From assembly GCA_963711465.1 (NCBI GenBank), contig CAVQEG010000001.1, forward strand, positions 2,462,332 through 2,526,331: a DNA stretch of 64,000 bases, read 5' to 3'. Origin of the DNA: Chlorobiota bacterium. Its GTDB lineage: Bacteria; Bacteroidota; Ignavibacteria; OLB7. The notes beneath the pieces are model-generated. The model was not told the DNA's origin, searched no databases, and was given only the letters and a program-made list of their open reading frames with translations. Within the stretch, counting starts at the first letter, position 1, and each line of letters starts with the position of its first letter. This document shows positions 56,224 to 64,000 of the stretch, piece after piece. Position numbers and translations under genes: made by a program.

Positions 56224-58155
56224 ATGGTGACGGAAATGAAACAATTGACGCTGAAACGTCAGGACTCGTCGCAGCTGGCGACCCGACGGCGCCCACGGCT
56301 CCAGCGCATGAGCAGAGTGGTGGCGGGTGTACTGGCGCTGGCGGGACTTGCCGTTGCTGCGTCCGACTCGGCCCACGCGCAGCCAAAGCGGATCGATCCC
56401 CGGGCACCGTGGATGGTGACGGGGCTGCCGGAGTTGGGGCGGATGTACGGGTTTATGACCAATCGCCGTGATCTGGAGGAATTCGGGTGCTCAGAGGTCG
56501 GCGGAGGCATTACGGCACTTGGGGATATTTCCGGGGACGGCATCAATGACTTCGCCGTCTGGCACCGGCGGACCGACACGGCTGGCGCCCCGCAGGAGCT
56601 GCTGATCTACCACGGGGTGCGCGGCGGCCTTCCGGCCTCGACGAGCGGACAGCGGGTTCGCGTCAGCGAGGCGCCGTCGTACATCACGTTGCTCGGAAGC
56701 GGGGATTTCGATGGGGACGGCTACGGCGACCTCGTCACACAGGTGGAGATTGAGGGCGATACATCTGCCGGTAACGATTCGATGGGCCGCTCGATCTCGC
56801 GCCTGGTCATTTTCTGGAACGACGGGCACGGGTACTACTCGCTCTCGGACACGACGCGACTGGAGTGCGACGCACAAATGTGGCTGGGGATTTTCGCCGG
56901 CCTGGGTCAGGATTTCGACGGGGATGGTGTCGACGACCTGCTCGTGCGGAACTCCGGCGGATTCTCCAATGGCTATGTCGTGGCGCAGCCTGCGCTGCGG
57001 ATCTACCGCGGTCACCGAGACGGCCGCTGGGGTCGCGACGGACTCTCGCGACGTGCGGACTGGCGGAAGTGGAATATTCTCCCGAGCGGACCGGATCTCG
57101 ATGTGGTCCGGATCCTCGACCAGGACTGCGATGGAAACCCCGATGTGGTGTTCATCGACGATAGCCACGCCGTCGGCGTTGGTGGGCACGTGGGCGTGCT
57201 CTATGGCCGCTCCGGTGCCTTCCCCGATACGACACAACTCGAGGTTATCGATCTGTCCGCTATCGATGGGCTGACCATGCAGTTTGCCGACGTCACCGGC
57301 GATGGGACCTTCGATCTGCTTGCCAACTGCCTCAGATTTCGGGATGACGGCCGCATGGACGGACGCATTCGTATCTACGCCGGAAGACCCGGGCAGAGAC
57401 TCATCGAGCAGTTCGGCTCCGGTGACGATGATCCGATCCAGGGGCACGGGTGGTGGCGGCGTCCGTGGGCGGAGGTGCTCTCGCCCGACCAGCTGCACGA
57501 GGACGGCTGGGGAGGCAGCGGCGGGGGACCGCTCTACGACATGGGCGACGCCAACCTCGACGGCGCCGATGAGATCTGGACGGCGTCGTGGCCACTGATC
57601 ATCGGGTATTCGGGGGGGCGTGGCATCGACTCGCTGATCGATGTGGTGATCCACTTCCCCGGCACCGACATCATGAGCATCGCACGACTGGGAGACATCG
57701 ACGGGTCGGGGGAACCGACGGTGGCGATCGGGTACAACAACTATCCGAATGACAATGGCTTTCCAGGTGCCATCGTGTTTCTGAAGCCGGACCAGTCGGT
57801 TCCGACGTGGACACCGCACCCTCGGCTGCTGCCGCACCTGCCGGGAGAGTTCTGCGGTGCGACCTCGGCAGCGGTGGAGGTGCCAGCACGTACCTGCGCG
57901 AATGCTCTCGCAATCCGGGTGATTCCGAATCCGGCTGCTGAGACGCTGCGCGTGGAATGGACGGCCCCCGATGACGCACGCGCGGCCAGGATCGAACTGG
58001 TTGATGAGAACGGAAACGTGGTTCTGGACCAACCGGTCGGTGCGACTGCTGGTTCGGCCACGGTCAATACAACGCCCATTGCGGCGGGGACGTACTTCCT
58101 TCGGGTCGTATTCGACGACACCACGACGCAATCCATATCCGTTCGGATTCGGTAG
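56224..58155 (+). CDS. FG-GAP-repeat T9SS-sorted surface protein (array copy C)
   Basis: 643 aa. The N-terminal approximately 100 aa are the alternative version shared with copy E. The central and C-terminal blocks are identical to copy B or D at nucleotide level. Confidence 0.8.
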   Translation: MVTEMKQLTLKRQDSSQLATRRRPRLQRMSRVVAGVLALAGLAVAASDSAHAQPKRIDPRAPWMVTGLPELGRMYGFMTNRRDLEEFGCSEVGGGITALGDISGDGINDFAVWHRRTDTAGAPQELLIYHGVRGGLPASTSGQRVRVSEAPSYITLLGSGDFDGDGYGDLVTQVEIEGDTSAGNDSMGRSISRLVIFWNDGHGYYSLSDTTRLECDAQMWLGIFAGLGQDFDGDGVDDLLVRNSGGFSNGYVVAQPALRIYRGHRDGRWGRDGLSRRADWRKWNILPSGPDLDVVRILDQDCDGNPDVVFIDDSHAVGVGGHVGVLYGRSGAFPDTTQLEVIDLSAIDGLTMQFADVTGDGTFDLLANCLRFRDDGRMDGRIRIYAGRPGQRLIEQFGSGDDDPIQGHGWWRRPWAEVLSPDQLHEDGWGGSGGGPLYDMGDANLDGADEIWTASWPLIIGYSGGRGIDSLIDVVIHFPGTDIMSIARLGDIDGSGEPTVAIGYNNYPNDNGFPGAIVFLKPDQSVPTWTPHPRLLPHLPGEFCGATSAAVEVPARTCANALAIRVIPNPAAETLRVEWTAPDDARAARIELVDENGNVVLDQPVGATAGSATVNTTPIAAGTYFLRVVFDDTTTQSISVRIR

Positions 58156-58563
58156 AGCGGCGGTGCGTCGTCGCCGGCAATGGCTGCGGCGGATGTGGAT
58201 CACCGGCGGGCCATGAATACTGAGACAACACGGCGCAATGGCGGCCGTAATCGGGCAGGACCGTGTGTCGTAGGTCGTAGAATAATACCGTTTGCTATTG
58301 GTCAGCGGCGGACGTACGTTTTCGCCGCACGAGACGCCCGGCGTATCCCCCCACACCACGCGCCGCCGTGCATTGAACGCGGCGGGGGGTCGCATACGCC
58401 GCGGAAGCACCGACCGCCCAACGCCGACGGCCGCAGCTATCGAAACCTTGATCGATTCGCAGTGCTACCTTCGGAGATGGTAATGGCATCGCGGGTAATG
58501 TGTTCGTCAGTGTGTGGAGAATGGACGCGTGGCCGGATCGCGAGCATGGAGTACAGTCATTGA

Positions 58564-60486
58564 ATGGTGACAGAAATGAGACAATTGACGCTGAAACCTC
58601 AGGCCACCTCGCATCCGGCGAGGCGACGGCGCCCACGGCTCGAGCGCATGAGCAGAGTGGTGGCGGGTGTACTGGCGCTGACGGGACTTGCCGTTGCTGC
58701 AACCGACTCGGCGCAGGCGCAGCCAAAGCGGATCGACCCACGCGCGCCCGGCGTGGTGACGGGGCTGCCGGAGTTGGGGCGGATGTATGGGCTGGTCAAT
58801 GGGTCGGGCGCCGAGAACTTCGGCGGGTCCTACATCGGCGGCGGAGATGGCATTACCGCCCTGGGGGATATTTCCGGGGACGGCATCAATGACTTCGCCG
58901 TCTGGCACCGGCGGACCGACACGGCTGGCGCCCCGCAGGAGCTGCTGATCTACCACGGGGTGCGCGGCGGCCTTCCGGCCTCGACGAGCGGACAGCGGGT
59001 TCGCGTCAGCGAGGCGCCGTCGTACATCACGTTGCTCGGAAGCGGGGATTTCGATGGGGACGGATTCGGCGACCTCGTCCTGGCTGTCGAGATCAAGGAC
59101 GACACGACTGCGGGAAACGTACCGGGTGGAAAGCCGGTGGCGCGGTTGGTGATTTTCTGGAACGACGGATACGGCTACTACTCGCTGTCAGATACGACGC
59201 GGTTATCGTGTGAGAGCGAGATGTGGCTGGGGATCCAGAACGGTCTGGGGAAGGATTTTGATGGGGATGGCACTGATGACCTGATGGTCCGCGCCTATGC
59301 GGGGTTCAGCCAGGGTGAAGTCGTGGCGCAGCCGCAGTTGCGGATCTACCGTGGCCATCGCGGTGGCCGGTGGGGTCGCGGGGGGCTCTCGCGGCGAGCG
59401 GACTGGCGAATGTGGAACATTCCACCGACGAAGCAGATCCGCATCCTCGACCAGGACTGCGATGGGAACCCCGATGTGGTGTTCATCGACGATAGCCACG
59501 CCGTCGGTGTTGGGGGGCACGTGGGCGTGCTCTATGGCCGCTCCGGCGCCTTCCCCGATACGACACAACTCGAGGTTATCGATCTGTCCGCTATCGATGG
59601 GCTGACCATGCAGTTTGCCGACGTCACCGGCGATGGGACCTTCGATCTGCTTGCCAACTGCCTCAGATTTCGGGATGACGGCCGCATGGACGGACGCATT
59701 CGTATCTACGCCGGAAGACCCGGGCAGAGACTCATCGAGCAGTTCGGCTCCGGTGACGATGATCCGATCCAGGGGCACGGGTGGTGGCGGCGTCCGTGGG
59801 CGGAGGTGCTCTCGCCCGACCAGCTGCACGAGGACGGCTGGGGAGGCAGCGGCGGGGGACCGCTCTACGACATGGGCGACGCCAACCTCGACGGCGCCGA
59901 TGAGATCTGGACGGCGTCGTGGCCACTGATCATCGGGTATTCGGGGGGGCGTGGCATCGACTCGCTGATCGATGTGGTGATCCACTTCCCCGGCACCGAC
60001 ATCATGAGCATCGCACGACTGGGAGACATCGACGGGTCGGGGGAACCGACGGTGGCGATCGGGTACAACAACTATCCGAATGACAATGGCTTTCCAGGTG
60101 CCATCGTGTTTCTGAAGCCGGACCAGTCGGTTCCGACGTGGACACCGCACCCTCGGCTGCTGCCGCACCTGCCGGGAGAGTTCTGCGGTGCGACCTCGGC
60201 AGCGGTGGAGGTGCCAGCACGTACCTGCGCGAATGCTCTCGCAATCCGGGTGATTCCGAATCCGGCTGCTGAGACGCTGCGCGTGGAATGGACGGCCCCC
60301 GATGACGCACGCGCGGCCAGGATCGAACTGGTTGATGAGAACGGAAACGTGGTTCTGGACCAACCGGTCGGTGCGACTGCTGGTTCGGCCACGGTCAATA
60401 CAACGCCCATTGCGGCGGGGACGTACTTCCTTCGGGTCGTATTCGACGACACCACGACGCAATCCATATCCGTTCGGATTCGGTAG
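58564..60486 (+). CDS. FG-GAP-repeat T9SS-sorted surface protein (array copy D)
   Basis: 640 aa. The N-terminus is identical to copy B. The middle block (FGDLVLAVEIKDDTTAGNVPGGKPVARLV...TKQIRILDQDCDG) is unique. The C-terminal half is identical to copy C. Confidence 0.8.
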   Translation: MVTEMRQLTLKPQATSHPARRRRPRLERMSRVVAGVLALTGLAVAATDSAQAQPKRIDPRAPGVVTGLPELGRMYGLVNGSGAENFGGSYIGGGDGITALGDISGDGINDFAVWHRRTDTAGAPQELLIYHGVRGGLPASTSGQRVRVSEAPSYITLLGSGDFDGDGFGDLVLAVEIKDDTTAGNVPGGKPVARLVIFWNDGYGYYSLSDTTRLSCESEMWLGIQNGLGKDFDGDGTDDLMVRAYAGFSQGEVVAQPQLRIYRGHRGGRWGRGGLSRRADWRMWNIPPTKQIRILDQDCDGNPDVVFIDDSHAVGVGGHVGVLYGRSGAFPDTTQLEVIDLSAIDGLTMQFADVTGDGTFDLLANCLRFRDDGRMDGRIRIYAGRPGQRLIEQFGSGDDDPIQGHGWWRRPWAEVLSPDQLHEDGWGGSGGGPLYDMGDANLDGADEIWTASWPLIIGYSGGRGIDSLIDVVIHFPGTDIMSIARLGDIDGSGEPTVAIGYNNYPNDNGFPGAIVFLKPDQSVPTWTPHPRLLPHLPGEFCGATSAAVEVPARTCANALAIRVIPNPAAETLRVEWTAPDDARAARIELVDENGNVVLDQPVGATAGSATVNTTPIAAGTYFLRVVFDDTTTQSISVRIR

Positions 60487-60892
60487 AGCGGCGGTGCGTC
60501 GTCGCCGGCAATGGCTGCGGCGGATGTGGATCACCGGCGGGCCATGAATACTGAGACAACACGGCGCAATGGCGGGCGTAATCGGGCAGGACCGTGTGTC
60601 GTAGGTCCTAGAATAATACCGTTTGCTATTGGTCAGCGGCGGACGTAGGTTTTCGGCGCACGAGACGCCCGGCGTATCCCCCGCACCACGCGCCGCCGTG
60701 CATTGAACGCGGCGGGAGGGCGCATACGCCGCAGAAGCGCCGACCGCCCCACCGGACGGCCGCAGCTATCGAAACGTTGATCGATTCGCAGTGCTACCTT
60801 CGGAGATGGTAATGGCATCGCGGGTAATGTGTTCGTCAGTGTGTGGAGAATGGACGCGTGGCCGGATCGCGAGCATGGAGTACAGTCATTGA

Positions 60893-62797
60893 ATGGTGAC
60901 AGAAATGAGACAATTGACGCTGAAACCTCAGGCCACCTCGCATCCGGCGAGGCGACGGCGCCCACGGCTCCAGCGCATGAGCAGAGTGGTGGCGGGTGTA
61001 CTGGCGCTGGCGGGACTTGCCGTTGCTGCGTCCGACTCGGCCCACGCGCAGCCAAAGCGGATCGATCCCCGGGCACCGTGGATGGTGACGGGGCTGCCGG
61101 AGTTGGGGCGGATGTACGGGTTTATGACCAATCGCCGTGATCTGGAGGAATTCGGGTGCTCAGAGGTCGGCGGAGGCATTACGGCACTTGGGGATATTTC
61201 CGGGGACGGCATCAATGACTTCGCCGTCTGGCACCGGCGGACCGACACGGCTGGCGCCCCGCAGGAGCTGCTGATCTACCACGGGGTGCGCGGCGGCCTT
61301 CCGGCCTCGACGAGCGGACAGCGGGTTCGCGTCAGCGAGGCGCCGTCGTACATCACGTTGCTCGGAAGCGGGGATTTCGATGGGGACGGCTACGGCGACC
61401 TCGTCACACAGGTGGAGATTGAGGGCGATACATCTGCCGGTAACGATTCGATGGGCCGCTCGATCTCGCGCCTGGTCATTTTCTGGAACGACGGGCACGG
61501 GTACTACTCGCTCTCGGACACGACGCGACTGGAGTGCGACGCACAAATGTGGCTGGGGATTTTCGCCGGCCTGGGTCAGGATTTCGACGGGGATGGTGTC
61601 GACGACCTGCTCGTGCGGAACTCCGGCGGATTCTCCAATGGCTATGTCGTGGCGCAGCCTGCGCTGCGGATCTACCGCGGTCACCGAGACGGCCGCTGGG
61701 GTCGCGACGGACTCTCGCGACGTGCGGACTGGCGGAAGTGGAATATTCTCCCGAGCGGACCGGATCTCGATGTGGTCCGGATCCTCGACCAGGACTGCGA
61801 TGGAAACCCCGATGTGGTGTTCATCGACAACGAGACGAGCTCTCTTGGCAGCGTCGGCGTGCTGTACGGGCGCAAAGGAGCTCTGCCAGACACAACGGAA
61901 CTGGAGGTGGTTGACCTCACGGTAGCAAATGGACACTATGCGCTGTTCAGTGACGTAACGGGCGACGGCAGCTACGATCTGCTGGTCAATTGCGGCGGCG
62001 CGGAACGCATTCGGATCTACGCGGGACGGCCCGCTCAGCGTCTGCTGGAGCAATACGGCAGTGGCTACGAAGGCCCGAGCGATGGACACGGCTGGTGGTC
62101 CCGTCCGTGGGCGGAGGTGCTCTCGCCCGACCAACTGCACGAGGACGGCTGGGGAGGCAGCGGCGGAGCCCCGCTCTACGACATGGGCGACGCCAACCTC
62201 GACGGCGCCGATGAGATCTGGACGGCGTCGTGGCCACTGATCATCGGGTATTCGGGGGGGCGTGGCATCGACTCGCTGATCGATGTGGTGATCCACTTCC
62301 CCGGCACCGACATCATGAGCGTCGCACGACTGGGAGACATCGACGGGTCGGGGGAACCGACGGTGGCGATCGGCTACAACAACTATCCGAATGACAATGG
62401 CTTTCCGGGTGCCATCGTGTTTTTGAAGCCGGACCAGTCGGTTCCGACGTGGACACCGCACCCTCGGCTGCTGCCGCACCTGCCGGGAGAGTTCTGCGGT
62501 GCGACCTCGGCAGCGGTGGAGGTGCCAGCACGTACCTGCGCGAATGCTCTCGCAATCCGGGTGATTCCGAATCCGGCAGCCGAAACGCTCCGGGTGGAAT
62601 GGACCGCGGCTGAGGATGCACGCGCGGCCAGACTCGAACTGGTTGATGAGAACGGGAACGTGGTTCTGGACCAACCGGTCAGTGCGACTGCGGGTTTGGC
62701 CACGGTCGATACAACGCCCATTCCGGCAGGGACGTACTTCCTTCGGATGGTTTTCGACGACACCACGACGCACGCCACAACCGTTCGAATCCGATAG
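60893..62797 (+). CDS. FG-GAP-repeat T9SS-sorted surface protein (array copy E)
   Basis: 634 aa. The N-terminus and middle are identical to copy C. The segment NETSSLGSVGVLYGRKGALPDTTELEVVDLTVANGHYALFSDVTGDGSYDLLVNCGGAERIRIYAGRPAQRLLEQYGSGYEGPSDGHGWWSRPW is unique. The CTD variant ends ...TTTHATTVRIR. Confidence 0.8.
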   Translation: MVTEMRQLTLKPQATSHPARRRRPRLQRMSRVVAGVLALAGLAVAASDSAHAQPKRIDPRAPWMVTGLPELGRMYGFMTNRRDLEEFGCSEVGGGITALGDISGDGINDFAVWHRRTDTAGAPQELLIYHGVRGGLPASTSGQRVRVSEAPSYITLLGSGDFDGDGYGDLVTQVEIEGDTSAGNDSMGRSISRLVIFWNDGHGYYSLSDTTRLECDAQMWLGIFAGLGQDFDGDGVDDLLVRNSGGFSNGYVVAQPALRIYRGHRDGRWGRDGLSRRADWRKWNILPSGPDLDVVRILDQDCDGNPDVVFIDNETSSLGSVGVLYGRKGALPDTTELEVVDLTVANGHYALFSDVTGDGSYDLLVNCGGAERIRIYAGRPAQRLLEQYGSGYEGPSDGHGWWSRPWAEVLSPDQLHEDGWGGSGGAPLYDMGDANLDGADEIWTASWPLIIGYSGGRGIDSLIDVVIHFPGTDIMSVARLGDIDGSGEPTVAIGYNNYPNDNGFPGAIVFLKPDQSVPTWTPHPRLLPHLPGEFCGATSAAVEVPARTCANALAIRVIPNPAAETLRVEWTAAEDARAARLELVDENGNVVLDQPVSATAGLATVDTTPIPAGTYFLRMVFDDTTTHATTVRIR

Positions 62798-62902
62798 GAC
62801 TCACCTGCGGCACCGGCTCACACCGCAAGCGCCGCAACCGACCGGAAACGAACGCTCCTCATAGACCCTTCAAATTCCTTCCACCACGACCGGAGGACCA
62901 CT

Positions 62903-64000
62903 ATGGTCACGTCACTCCGACTTCTCCTGCTCGCCTGCCTGGCGAGCACGGTGCTGCTCGTACCCTCTGCGCACGCGCAATCGACGGGCGACTACCACGG
63001 GTACACCTACGACAGCACGTTCTTCATCGGCGGTATGACCGTCAACCGCACGGCACTGCTGCCGGTGGTGCACGACTCGCTGCACATGTCGGTGATCCAC
63101 TTCTACGGGATTCCGTCATACAGCGATTCGGCGCACGCCTTTCAGCACCTGGCGACGGGCGATTCGGGCGTCTACAATCTGAAGCAGCTGATTCCGGTGC
63201 TGTCGAGTCTGGGAATGGGAATTTCCGCACCGACGGGCCGGACGGACGGACTCATTCGAGCCTCGCACGTGCGCGAGAGCTACCTCGATCGGGATACCGT
63301 CTACGCCCACTGGAGTTGGAATTCTCCGGTCGATACGACGTTGACCACGCGTGATACCAATGCAGTACTGCACGACAAGCTGTTCGCATGGGGCCGCACC
63401 CTACCGCGCGATCCGACAGGCAACGACACCGCGCACCTCGTCGCAGCGAATCCCAACTACTTCAATGACGCCCTCGTTCCCGACGGCCCCTCGTACTACG
63501 CCATGCTCGACAGCATCAGCGGTCCGTCCGGCTATGCGGATAGCTCGCACTACTTCCGGCTCTCATTCGCGGTGAAGATCGATGAGACGAGCACATACTT
63601 CCGCGATTCCGTGGGCGACGCTGACACACTTGCCTACGCCATTCTCTACCGTCGGGACACGACCGGTCAGTCGGACACCTCCTGCTGGTGTAACATCTGG
63701 GTTCCGTGGCGCGTGGTCGGGCTGACGAAGCGCGACTACCTCGACTCCAGGCACGCCGGCGATGGTTACCGTGCGTTCGGCACGACGTTCACCGATACGG
63801 AGTACGGGGGGCTTCCGGCCGCGTGGTTTCAATGGCCGAACAACCGTTCCGATACGGTGTTTGTCGACACCACTCACCCCACGGTCGGGCAGTACTGTGA
63901 CTCGATCGCCGGGACGCTCCCAGGCGCGTACAACATGGGGACGATCCCTGCTCCCGAAAACACGAATCTCACCTACCGCCTGTTCTCCACCCGACGCGTC
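62903..64000 (+). CDS. Secreted hypothetical protein, 5' part (runs off the end of the window)
   Basis: ATG 62903 is preceded by GGAGGA. The signal peptide is MVTSLRLLLLACLASTVLLVPSAHAQ. The frame is open through 64000 (366 codons, no stop). Confidence 0.65.
   Translation, partial: MVTSLRLLLLACLASTVLLVPSAHAQSTGDYHGYTYDSTFFIGGMTVNRTALLPVVHDSLHMSVIHFYGIPSYSDSAHAFQHLATGDSGVYNLKQLIPVLSSLGMGISAPTGRTDGLIRASHVRESYLDRDTVYAHWSWNSPVDTTLTTRDTNAVLHDKLFAWGRTLPRDPTGNDTAHLVAANPNYFNDALVPDGPSYYAMLDSISGPSGYADSSHYFRLSFAVKIDETSTYFRDSVGDADTLAYAILYRRDTTGQSDTSCWCNIWVPWRVVGLTKRDYLDSRHAGDGYRAFGTTFTDTEYGGLPAAWFQWPNNRSDTVFVDTTHPTVGQYCDSIAGTLPGAYNMGTIPAPENTNLTYRLFSTRRV

Noticed and set aside
53824-62773. Very long minus-strand ORFs inside the paralog array (53824..56070 748 aa, 56491..58410 639 aa, 59203..60534 443 aa, 61160..62773 537 aa)
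   Set aside because: The translations are Arg/Pro/Gly-rich and low-complexity with no domains. They mirror the + strand genes, which have signal peptides, repeats and T9SS CTDs. These are typical high-GC shadow ORFs.

Overview
The window is 64 kb of high-GC (about 65 %) bacterial chromosome. The promoter style (TAnnTTTG) and the many T9SS-type C-terminal sorting domains point to a Bacteroidota/Rhodothermaeota-like organism.

The left third (1-17.9 kb) is housekeeping and envelope genes: ptsI, mpl, kup, an ECF sigma factor, two tandem squalene/phytoene-synthase paralogs, an asparaginase, panB and two OmpA/TolB-like paralogs.

From 17.9 to 24.0 kb there is a compositionally distinct, lower-GC island. 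It contains two paralogous regulators that fuse an IS630-transposase-like N-terminal HTH module to a LuxR-type C-terminal HTH. It also has about 2.5 kb of non-coding DNA packed with short repeated motifs: CTGGACC in hairpin loops, and roughly 19 copies of GTGCCCA plus 9 of GAGGTCA in degenerate ~350-bp units.

The same CTGGACC/GGTCCAG loop motif recurs in a hairpin cluster at 28.36-28.76 kb between recQ and a MalT-like regulator.

The middle section (24-34.8 kb) carries an aminotransferase, a long recQ, a MalT-like regulator, recJ and yebC. From 35 to 43.3 kb there are two tandem copies of a three-gene module: ECF sigma, a large anti-sigma factor, and a T9SS-sorted secreted protein. Both sigma genes share an 11-mer promoter element.

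The last 14 kb is the most striking part: a HAF-repeat T9SS protein followed by a tandem array of five FG-GAP-repeat T9SS surface-protein paralogs. Four of the copies are built from alternative, 100 %-identical sequence blocks in a segmental-recombination mosaic, and every copy is preceded by a conserved ~400-bp leader carrying a Bacteroidetes-type promoter, a conserved 20-mer box and a hairpin.

No rRNA, tRNA or CRISPR, and no intact transposase or integrase, could be supported from the sequence.
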